Below are positions 24,601 through 36,600 of a stretch of 64,000 nucleotides of DNA, one piece after another. Made by a program: the position numbers and the translations under genes. How positions within the stretch are numbered: the first letter of the stretch is position 1; every line of letters starts with the position of its first letter. The notes under the pieces were generated by a model. It had not been told where the DNA came from. It made no database searches and saw only the letters and a list, made by a program, of their open reading frames with translations. Location of the stretch: NCBI GenBank assembly GCA_964106915.2, contig OZ066914.1, one strand, 5' to 3'. Source of the DNA: Podarcis gaigeae (lineage: Eukaryota).

Positions 24601-27600
24601 ATCCAAACTGTGGCTGGACAAAGAGCAGGGAGTGGCTGAATGTACAGCTCCATTGCTCCCAACAGACAGGCAGAAGGCGGGCAGGTGGAGAGGCAAAAGC
24701 TTGAGTTTACACCAGCCTAGTCCTGCTGTAATGACCAGGCCTAGATTGAGTGTGACGCCATCAAATGGTAGCAGTGGGGCTGGCCTAGGATCCAGGGTCA
24801 GCCCAGCTCCTCTCTGCCCCTGAATTGCCCCATTTGGAGCTGTGCGTGGGTTGCCACCAGCAAGAAACCACCAGTGGTTTTTCCAATCTCCCTCTCTTTC
24901 AGCAGGCGGAATGGGGAGCAGGCACTGGCAGAGGCCAGAAGTTGTTCTGGGCCGGCACCTCTGCTCCCCTCAACCCACTTTGCAGCAGATTGGGGTTTGG
25001 ATTGCCCCCTAAGCACCGGCTGCTTTCTTTCTCCTTTTGCCAGTGGCAGATTAAATTCTCCTGCCTTCTCCTCACTGCAAGAAGTGAAGTTACAAGGAAC
25101 CAGGCAGAGGGTCTTCTTGGAAGTTGCACCCGCCCTCTCATCAGATGTCAAGGAAATAAACATCTATCTGATTTTTAGAAGACATTTGAAGGCAGGGAGG
25201 TTTTTAAATGTTTGAGGTTTTAATATTTTGTTGGGGGCAACCCAGTCAGATGAGCAGCATATAATTATTATTACAGAAAAGGCATTGGTAAAATATGCAG
25301 AAGATTTTGAGGTACACAGCTGTATGATTATGGGAGCGGGGCCAAATAAAACAAATATACATCCGTTGGAACAGGCCCCCAAATACTCTCATTTTGTTCA
25401 CTGTATAACTATGATCTGAGGACTCCTGGGGGCAGTGATCCGAGGTAAGCTGGAGTGGGGAGAGAGAAAGGACTACAGCCCAGGTAAGTTGACCCTGTTG
25501 CATTATGGGAGTTCTCCATAAGGCTGAGGAGATAAGTGGTCAGACTGAGGTTGCTATGGCTGGGCCCTACAAAGACCGGGGAATTCTCCTTGGGAATAGA
25601 GCAGAAATAGTGAGGGGAGGGAGGGGTGTCCATGACACAAGCCAGAGCAGATTAGAGGAGTGAAAGAGCCTCGTTTATCCTGTCCTGGGGAGAGATTTAC
25701 AGCCACAGAACTGTTGATGAAGGCCAGTAATTCAACCATTTTAATGAGCCTGCATTGCCCTTGAATGCCACTCCAACCTTTTTTCTTCCAACGCATTTTC
25801 CTCAGTTTGGAACATGCTGCTGGGAAACTGGCAGAAAAGAAGAAAATAATCTGCAGCAACCCTATCTGAGAATGGGCTCCTCCTCGTGATATGTGGTGCA
25901 CACAAGAGACTTCCCCCCCCCCCCCCAGTGGGACCCCATAATCATACACACAACAGCAATGCTGGCAATCTTATCCCTTTCCCTCTGGACCAGAGGCTAC
26001 ATAATGATGTGATTTGGAAGAGCGATTTCCTCTTATTCTGGAGAGAGCAAGGGGCTGGGACAGGGTGAAGGGAAGCTAACAGTTTTGCAGCTGACTCGGA
26101 TTCAAAGGTCAGCACCATACTATTCCTTGAAATCTGTGCTGGGGAGTTACTGGAAGGGATCTAAAACATAAAAATAAATAACATCAGACAACTGTGAGGG
26201 GGAGACTGGGAAAAGGCAAAATGGGACGAGGAGGAAAGTACGGTAGTTTGAAAGGAGGGTTTGTCCTTCAGGCTGTAAACACAAAAGGCGCTTGGGGTCA
26301 AATCATTCCCTACCACGTCAAGATGTAAGAAGAGCCTCCCTGGATCAGCGAGCCATCTAGTTCTGCACCCTGTTTGTAGATTGGCCAACCAGATGCCTGG
26401 GCCCTCACCCCTACTTGTGATTTCCAGCAACGGGCATTCAGAGGCATATTGCCTCCATCAATGGAGGCAGAGCCCAGCCTTCATGGCTAGTAGCCATTCA
26501 CAGCCTCATCTCCCATGAATTTGCCTGATTCTCTTTTAAAGCCATCGAAGTTGGGGACTGTCATTACTTCCTGCGGGGTGAGTTCCAGAGTTTAACTAAG
26601 CACTACATGATGGCTTGGCATCACTCCAACCCACCCATGTTAGTCTCTTGCTCTCTCCAGGGATCTCTCTGGGTCAGTACCAAATCCCACTAAACCAGGT
26701 GCTTCCCCCATCCCTTTGGGCCCCCAAGACACTTCTTGTTGCTGCCTGCTATAATCTTGGTGGAGGAAGGCCTCATGGCTTTGAGGTACAGGGCTGCAAA
26801 GAAGCTCAACGGGCCATGCAAGTTGCTCCCCGTGTCTTTGGGAACTCATTCCAACATTGCTTACAGGGGCACAAAAGCCGCTATTGTCCCAGCCTGTGGG
26901 AGAGTCTCACACTGTTGCTCAAACCAAAACTGAGAAACGGCAGAAATAAATAAAATGTGCTAGTTAAAAGTGAAATGTGCAGTCTGGAAGGCTATAGGAA
27001 CACAGAATCAACCCTTCAGGTGGTGGTGGTGGTGGGGAGGAGGAGAGAGAGAGAGTAGGGGCTGAGAGAGGAGCTGGAACAAAGCTGTGTTTGTAAACAA
27101 GACTCTGCTGCCCTGCAGAGCTCTTGGGGGTTCATGCAAAAACACAGCCGGTTGGGTCACAGGCCCAGCAAAGGAACAAAACAAAACAAAACCAGCCAGT
27201 CTTCCTTCTCTCCCTCTCATTACTCCCCCAATGCAAAAGCTGTAATTGAATTTGATGTACAAAAGGAAACTCTGAATGCAGCATATTCACTGGTCCCAAA
27301 AAACTACTGCTGAAGGCGGCTGGGCGAAACTGCCACGTCTCCCTCATGCCTTTTCCTACAGAGCCATCTGCTGGAGAACAGCAAGACTAATGTAGCTGAG
27401 AGAAGATGGCCCAATGTGAAAAAAATGACAAGAGATGAAAACTTCACTCCCTGCTACTACAGTGCTCTGGTGGGAGCCAGCAGTACCTCCTGCCGAGGGA
27501 ATAATCAGCACTCTCTCACTGAGGCCTCAATTCTGCTCTGCTGGACCACAGAAAGTTGCCTTAGTTTAGCTGACTATTGTCTTCACTGGGGTTGACAAAC

Positions 27601-30600
27601 GTCCTGCTCATGTGCCAAATTAAGGTCTGCCAAATCACCCAATTTGGTGTGAGTGTGTGGCTGTTTTGGCCAGCCATACCCAGCTGCCACTCACCTGATG
27701 TCACTACGATGTCAGGTGTGAGATAGGAAAAGCCACAGCTGCCAAGGAACAACCAGGAACTGAAGAGCATGTTCTCAGTGGCTCCTTGGCAACATGGCTT
27801 GTATTTGGAGCTGTTTAAATTAAGCACTGAATGCAAGTTCCGCTGCTCTGCAGTGGGATTAGATCCACCTGATGTCATATGATGCCAGGTGACTGACAGG
27901 TATGCAGACTCAGCCACCTATCCAATGTGGCCTGATGAGGGTTGGCTGGTCACTTTTCGTAAGGCCCACCAGGCAAAAGTGCTACCTGCAGATATCAGGG
28001 ATTGAATCTGAGTCTTTCCGCATGCAAAGAATGGGTTCGATCACTGAGCTACGGTATTTACCATATAAAAGACCATAGAAACAAATAAATGAGGACCTTT
28101 TAGGTGGATTTATTACAATCTAGCCCCTATAACAAGTCCTAAAGCAGCGAGCCCAAACTACCTGCAGCAGGAATGGGAAACCCCGGGCCTGTGGTCAAAG
28201 GAGGCCCCTCTCAGGCCTCTCTATTTGGGCCTCAGGACTCCCCAGCCCAACCATTCTCCCAGCAGCAGAGGACATGTTTAACACACAAAATGCCGCAAGT
28301 TCAACCCCTGACAACTCCAGGTAGTGTTCGGAAAGTCTCCTGGTCTGACCCTCTGGAAAGCCACAGCTGGTCTGTATAGATAAGAGAGAGCTAAATAGAT
28401 CAATGGTTCGATTGAGGCAATGTCTTGTGCTCCTTTGTACTCAGGAGAAGCAAAGGAAATAATTCAAAAGGCAACGTGGAACAACTGACGTTTCCAACGG
28501 TACTGACCAGCACTATTTGAGCTCTACATAAAACAAAATTATAATTATAGAAATATATTCCATTACAGCATCTATGGCTCTGGCAACAAATTTCCGTAGC
28601 ATTAGTCATGGAACCTTTGATGAACTGAGCCCCCACCTACTGACTACAGAGTTAGTATATATTTACATATCCGCTCCACACACACACACACACACACATA
28701 TATGTATATACTCACAGTCCAGGAAGCACCACTTGGGGGACAGTTTCTGGCATGACAATGTCTTTGGTTTGGCTCCGTCCCCTTCCTGCATCAAAGCAAG
28801 CAAAAAACAATCAGGTCTCTTTTCCTACCCTCTTTTCAAAACCTCTTCTGGCTTGTTCCAGCATAGATGCCTCCGGTGGACTCAAGACACATGCTTTGAC
28901 ACAAAGGCACAGAGCACATTGATGCAGCTCAAGACAGATGCACTGGACAGATACTGATGCAATTTCATCATGCACAAAAAAGGCAGAAGGGGGGGAGGAG
29001 AAGAGTTTTTCAACAAAGGGGAGGTGGAGACAGAAAAGATACACACCTCTGGAAACAGGCTCTGAATAGTGGAAGGGCCTGAAGGAAAATCCTGTGGAAA
29101 GGGAAGGAGCTGGGTTACCACTACCATTAGGATATGCTTGCATCCCCATAGCTGTAGGAACCTGCAGGGTGCTCCTCACACCTTCTGGAGCAGCCAGCCT
29201 CCATATTGGCCAGTGTAATCCAAAAGCAAGATTGCACCAGCACCAGCCAGGAAAATGGTCTCAAGTGTGGGAAAGAAATTTAGGAGGAGGACGAGGAGGA
29301 AAAGACAGCGAAGAAGCCATGTGCCATGGCAGTCCAAGTGCCCTAGTTTCACAATGAGCTCCAGGCTATGTTGGCCTTCCCAGCTGGACAATTTGATCAT
29401 AGCTGCTTCTCATAATCATTGTTATGACCAAAATCAAGCTTGAGAGGTTCAAGGTTCTTTTGCGCTGACCACTATATCCACATCCGGTGCAGTGTGTTTT
29501 ATTACCTGCCTGACACCTAAGGGCTGGACAAAGGGCAAATCTGTAAAGGCAGGCAAAGGGAGGGAGAGAGAGAAAGCAGTTTACGGAAGATTGCCCATCC
29601 ATCTCATTTCCTTTGTAACCAAGCTCCAGGGAACGGATTTCTCTATGCATTTATTGGCTTGAGCCAAAGCAGGAAGTCAACGACATTTCCCAGCTAAACA
29701 AAAATATTGGTGTGTCATTCACAAAAGCTGCCAGGTAAGGTGCAAGCTTCACTTAGAACTGGAGGCATCACAGTGATGAGGCTTTAAATGAATGCGGAAC
29801 AAAATCCATGTAACTAAAACACTAGGCAAGATAACTGAAATTCTATCCAGGTTCAAGGCATGAAGCCGTTATTATATTTGCAAAACACTTGTAACAAAGT
29901 AGAATGCATCCAACGTAAGTCACAGAGTAGACTCATTAAAATCAATGAACACAACTCATTTCATTTATTTCAGTGGGTCTATTCTTAGTATCAGTTAGTT
30001 GGATATAACCCTGGAATATTTCCTACGGCATATAAAGCAACGTGGGAATGAGCCTGCACTTACCTTGACCCCTGACCGCCTCCCAAGTAGGAGTTACCTC
30101 CTTGGGTTGCATCAGAACCGAGGACATTTTTTATTTATTTATTGTAGGCATATTTACTTGCTTTCATTGAAATTCCCACGGCATCTTACACTGAATTCTT
30201 TCCTTTTACCCAAACTACACTGCATACAAAGCCCAGCTTTGTTACTTCTGGTTTTGTTCATGTAGGTTAACAGCTTTCCCCCACATTTCTCTAATTGTAT
30301 GGGGCAGGTGGCAGCGGGGACATTTAGGCCGACTCTGAAACTATGCTGAGGCATAACTAAACTACTTCCTGTTGCTCTGCATGTTATGAATCGTAAGCAG
30401 AGGCAACTCCTGCTTGCTCAGTCAACTGTTAAATTTCATTTGAGGGGCAGTTAATTACAACTGGAGAAGCACAGATACTATGACAGCAGGGGTATCCAAG
30501 TGGTATGTCACTTGAACGGTAGTAGAATTATAGCAAGTTTACACTCTCCCCTTCTCCAAGTGTTTTGCTTTTGCATCTCACCTCCTGAAGCCTCTCAATG

Positions 30601-33600
30601 TGGGTCCGGCATATCTCCAAGTCACTGTCTCCTGGCACAACGATAATTCCCAAGGGCACAGCTGGAAAGTAAAAATGTTATCAACAAATACCATTGAACC
30701 TGCTAAATGCATTCCTGGTGTATCAGGTATTCACTGAGCAGAAGCTAGGGGACAAATCATAGATGCAAGACCAAGGTTGCATGTTTGAACCCCTTATGGG
30801 ACAGCTGCATATTCCTTCACTGAAGGGGGTTGGACTAGATGATTCTCAGGGTCCCCTCCATCTCGAGCATCATACCATCTCACAATGCACACGGGAAGCT
30901 ACTTATCTGAAGGTATCTAACGGACAAAATCTTTGTGCATGTGGAATTTTAATATGTCAGGGAGAAATGCTAGACTAGAAGCCTTCTCTCACAGATGTGT
31001 TAGCTTTCGCGCATACAGGGAATTTTGATTACAGATAGGTAGCCGTGTTGGTCTGCCATAGTCAAAACAAAAAAAATTCCTTCCAGTAGCACCTTAAAGA
31101 CCAACTAAGTCAGTTCTTGGTATGAGCTTTCGTGTGCATGCACACTTCTTCAGGGAATTTTGATGTGAGGGCTCTTTTTAAAAAAAGACTAATTATATGG
31201 TAAGATGCTGCCATGCTAGAGTAATACATTTGGATAGGCTGACAGAAAGGCAGAAGGTGCCAGCGACTTGCTCACATGCTGTACTGTTATGGACAAAGGT
31301 GTGCAAGTATAAAATGGCTCCAGAAAGTCCCTGCAAGTTGTTCTAGGCACCTTTTAGCTAAAGAGGCTCCAGCAGCCTGGGCTGTGGAACCAGCTACTCA
31401 CAGGCCTCCTTGAGCTTCTCCTTGTCGTAGTGAAGTGCTTCGTAGTCGTGCATGCCAATTCGGCTTACGCGGATTCTTAGCCGTTCTGGAACGGGCTGCT
31501 GACTGTTTGCGCAGCAGGAAGGAAAGGTGCTGATTTAATTAAGGTGGGGCTGCTTAGGGAAAGGAAGACAGCATTGTTGTGGGAGGGAAGGGAAGGGAGG
31601 GAAAGAGGGGGAGATATGGGGTGGGGGTGGGGAATCCCAGAATGTGATACAAAATCCCCATGCACAACAACAACAACAATTAGAGTAGCATTGTAGCATT
31701 TAAAAACTTGTTATCTGACTAGTGGACAGGAACTCAAAACAACAGTTGCATTTGCAATTGGCTCTTCAGCACTAAAATGGGCATCTAGTCTTTGAGAAAT
31801 CAGAAGAAAAAACAAAGTGGCAGGCGGGACACCCCTGAGCCCCCGTTATGCCTCTAGCCGTGCAGGTTGCTTCCGTAACACTGGCCCCAATTGCCACCTC
31901 CCATGTACAAATGCAGGCAGGCCAAAAGGAAGGGAGGCACAATTCCTGGCTTCTTTGGGAATGTGCTTCTTTATGCAAGAATGATAGAAACTTGCAGCAA
32001 GGCCTCATGCGCAATGTAGAGAGGCAGGAGACCAGCATAGTCTCAGTACTGGGACAGAGCTGAAGATGGGGGTTAAATGTTGCTAGCTCAGCACTACAAT
32101 GCCAAATGGAAGCGTAACAAGCAGCCATGTAGATGTACCTTGGACAGGAAAACAGGCTTGCCAAGAAGGGTATGAATGCCAGGAAAGACATAAAGCTTTC
32201 ACAGATCGCCCCCTCACCCACCTTTCATTATGCCTTGAATGGGATAAGCAGCATAATAAAAACTTTCCTTCCCACCCACCGCCTCCCAAGCAGTACAATG
32301 TAGGAAGCTGTGCACCTAAGATCTTGTGCCACTCATTAGTTTCTAGGAGTCTGTGATACAACTCTCCACTCCCTTCCCCCAAAAGAAAATATAGCAGAGA
32401 AGGAACTTTGCTTCCACAGAGCCCTCTCTGTGGGCTCATATAACCCTGCTTCCTCCATTAATCATTCAGCTGCTTGCCTTTAGGACTAGGACAAGGCAGA
32501 GCCATCCTGATAAAGCAGCTGAGAAAAGGCAGTTACGCTTTTTTGCTTGCGGGGTGTGTGTGTGCTCAATATCAGTGTTTTTTGGACTTCAGAAGACTCA
32601 GTGCTGCATAGCTAGAAAACCCAATACATTTGTCTGTAGAGACTTTAATTCTGTTGGGTTTTATATATCTTACATTTCATAGTATTAGAACTTGCCTTTA
32701 GGATGGTTTCCAATGCATTTTAATCCAAACCTCTGGGATATAGTAGGATAGAAATCCCACTCAACTCAGCAGCTAAGCTCACAGCAGGCAGTCCTGCTAA
32801 AGGATGAGGAAGCTCTAAGGCTCGCCTCCATGCAAAAAGGTTTATTACACTTTGAACAGGCAAAGCCACCTTCACTCCCTGCCCCAAAGCCTTGGGGGTG
32901 GTCCCTTTGTAAGATAGAACCTACTCATTAAGCAGAGGCATGGAGTTGCGCCTCTTGGTCTTCTGCACCATGTTGGCCTGGTTGCGCAGGGATATGCGAA
33001 TGCAGGAAGCCCCTAGCTTGCAGGGCTCTCCGTCCACTTGCATGGGGATGGCCTTGGATGTGGTCAACAGCACCTCCCGGCACTGGTGCAACCGCTCTCC
33101 GTGGCCGCCCACCTGCAGTGCTGCCTACAAAAGGAAGAAGAGTGTTGAACAGGAAGGGCCAACCAATGAGCAACGTCAGTGGGAGATTGCACATGACCTG
33201 AACCTGGGAAAAGAAACGTTTTCCCATTACCAGCAGCATCTGAGGCTGCTGTGCAGTGACTCAAATCAACAGCCGCTCCAGCTCAGTACTGCCAACTCTG
33301 ACTTGCAGTGGCTGCCCAGAGTTCCCAGTTCCTGCTTCTTCTGAGGACTCTTTAATGTTTAAATAGAGATGCTAGCAGATGAACGTGGGAGCTGAAACCA
33401 CACGCATGACGTATATCTACCACTGAGCCAGGGGAGTGGGCCAGATGACTCTCGAGACCCCTTCCAACTCGACAGTTCTATGATTTTATCTAGTCTAATA
33501 CTTGTGTCAGACAGCTCCTCTGGGCAAGCTAATAGTTAAACATCAGATCAAGAGGCTGGCACTGTCCTTGTCAGCTAGGCAGGCTTAGCGGCATCTTAGT

Positions 33601-36600
33601 TGGTCTTGCTTACTTGTTCAGGTTGCACCCGTGTTAGTGTCATAGAGGCCAGAAATTCCAGTCCCCACCCCAAATCCAGCTGCATCTGCTGTCCTTGATG
33701 ACCCCAGAGATCAGCCATCAGGAGCTGCCCTGGCTTACCAGGGATGTCATGGTGAAGCCGATGACCTCAAGGCAGCCGTCATCATGACGCTGGGGTTCAA
33801 AGTCATGGTGCTCCCCAGGGTTGCCCCAAGGCATGGTGCCTGCGCAGTACCTGCACATAGACAGGAAGGAGGGAAAGTGTGTTGGCGGCAGAGGATAGCA
33901 CACCTCTGATCCCTGAGCGTTGGAAGGGAGTTCAAAGGAGGGGGAACACTCCCCGACAGGGAGAGTTACCACTCACCTTGGAATGTTTAGGAAGACGAGG
34001 CATTGTGGCTTCAGATCTTGGATTTTGGGGGTCAGGTCTGTCCCATCACACTAATGAAAGAGGAAAAGGCGACAGTCAGCTGTCAAGGCTGGTTGCAGCA
34101 CAGAAGAACCTCAGGCGTTCTTTCTATCCCTTTCGTGAGGGAACAAAATTCTTAGCGCCTTGATCTTTCCCAAAGATGCATTTGTCCTCTCGATGCCTTC
34201 CGCAGGGTTTATCTTTAACACGGCAGCAGAATGACCTTCTCAACCCAATCAATAACCAGTGCCCTCCAAGCGCCTGGTGGCCCCACAGCTCACTCACCAC
34301 CACTTTGATGTGTTTCGCTAAGTCTCTGGAGCTCCCCATGAGGAAATCGGAAAACGCCGTCTGCCAGAAGAAGAGAAACCGAGTTAGTTCACAGAGGCTG
34401 ATTGGGCACTGACTAATTTCAAACAGCGCTCCTGAGACGCACTTTGATCCCCACTCATCATGTTGCCTTGGCTCCACTAACCTCTTCCCTGCTGGAAACA
34501 AGGCATGCACCCCAGTCAGGATTAAATCCCATCTCCCCCCCCCATCAAATGATGTCACCAGTGATGTCAGTTTATGGGTGGGCAGATTAGGGGAACTGAC
34601 CCCCCCCCCGCCCAAGATTGGCCCACAGGGCGGAAGTTCCCCACTCCTGTTCTAAAGGCTTCCCTGGGAAGAAAAACATTACAGTATGGCCTGCCCTCCA
34701 GATGCTCCACATGTCACAGTGAAAAACTTTGGGGACACACTGAGACCAAGGCAACAATTCCTAACTGGGCTGTGAAAGGACATCCCAGTGAACTTACCCC
34801 AGCATAGAACATTTTATTCCGAAATCGGCTGTTAAATTTCTCTGGATTGGCCTCTGCAGGGGGAAAAAAGGTTGCTATGGGTTACTTGTTGCCAGTAAGT
34901 CACATTTCTGTCTCCATGACTGGTTAAATCACAGAAGAACCTTCTCTGCATGCTCATCTCCCCACATTAGAAAAAAGCAGCAGAAAGTCTCTAGCCCCCC
35001 ACCCAATATCCGCTACCAGAGTTGACCGTCTCTTGCCACAGTGTGCTCACACAGCACTCTACTGTATGACAGGATTAGGGGATTAGTGCTAGTTTAGCAC
35101 AAATAATAACATGGACCTTTACCCCTCTTACTGAAAGGAAAGGCATTTGTTGTTGTACCTTGAAGCCAACTCCTTGTCACTTTCTTCTCCCTCCTGATTA
35201 AACCCTCTGCTTTCAGCTCATGACCTCCAAAATCATAGTGTGGTTTCCCCACAGGAGGCCATCCCTCCAAGCACGGTGCACTGAGAGAATTGGCCACATC
35301 CCACTTGTTGTTGCTATTTACCTCGGGACTCGTGGAATTCCAGTGTCACCCGGGCGTCAAAACCAAGGCTGAAATAATTGTTGAAGACATCAAGAGGGAG
35401 CTAAAATTGAGAATGAGAGGAAACACCACTAAATCTGAGGCTCTGATGAAGGTGAAATGACTTTTCAGCTACTCTATAAATACCCATATGTGACTAAGCA
35501 AAGCAGAATTCAATGGAAATTGAGGGGGATGGATGGGGTGAAACAGTAGCTAGGACAACAGTGTTTTGTCATAGAAGTGCCATGAACATCAAGAGACAAG
35601 GGATGAAAAGCCCTGGAGTGGGGAGCCTTAAAGAGTGTTTTAAGGTAAAAAGTAGAGACTGGAGATCCTTAGAAATATACCGTGGTGGGGTCTGTTTTGT
35701 TTTTGTTTTATTTTTCATTTATAACCCCCCCCCCAAAAAAAACCACCTTTCAATGATCATTCAACAGTATTTCTAACATTTTAACCTTGACTTCCCTCCT
35801 CCCTCCTCTTTCTGCAGTTCCTTAAAGTCCCCCCCCCCCCCCGCATATCCCAATTGTTTCCACTTATTCTTTTGATCATCTGTTATCATATATGTTTTAG
35901 AAACTGCAAGTTTTTACACAATCCTGTTAGTGCCTTAATCTGTTTGCAATTTGCTTGTAAATATTCAACAAAATTCCTTAATAAAAAGTTTATTGTCTTG
36001 ATTTCTTAATTCTTCCAGTTAAGTTTCACCATTTCTGCATATTCCATTAATTTCTGTAAGCCATTCTTCCCTGGTCCGGACTTCTTCTTCTTTCCATATT
36101 TGGGCAAATATCATTCTAGCAGCTGTAGTTGCATACACAAATAAGTTTCTATATTGTTGAGGTAACTCTGATCCCACAATCCCCAAAAGAAATATGCTGT
36201 GGTTAACCTTTTCACACTGCGCAAATTGGCTATCCTCCTTTCCCCATCTTACTTTCTTCATTGCTATCCTACTTGCTTACTTTACATACATGGAAAAAAC
36301 CATTAGGTTAGCTAGGGGTAGTTGCAGTTGCCATAACACAACTGACCCACCATGAAAGAAACCAGACAGAAGCATACTAAGTATATCTTTGGTGGGGAGA
36401 CTGTAGCAGCTGGCCCTAAAAGGGCATGATGGTGTTGTGGGCCTCACCTTGTCTGCCGCCGTCTCATCCTTCTCTTCAGCGTTTGCCTCAGGATTTGGCT
36501 CCACCTGCAGACTCCAGCGGTCCAGCTGCACAATCTCCCCCTCTTCTACGTGTGACAGGATCTTTGACAAGGGCTCATCCGTGTAACCCTGTGGGTCGAG

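Noticed and set aside
27695-27738. 44-nt exon candidate with CAG|gtgagt donor
   Set aside because: Lies in a cacctgatgtca palindromic motif repeated at ~27865 and resembling ~34550, so it is probably MITE-derived. It has in-frame stops and no other support.
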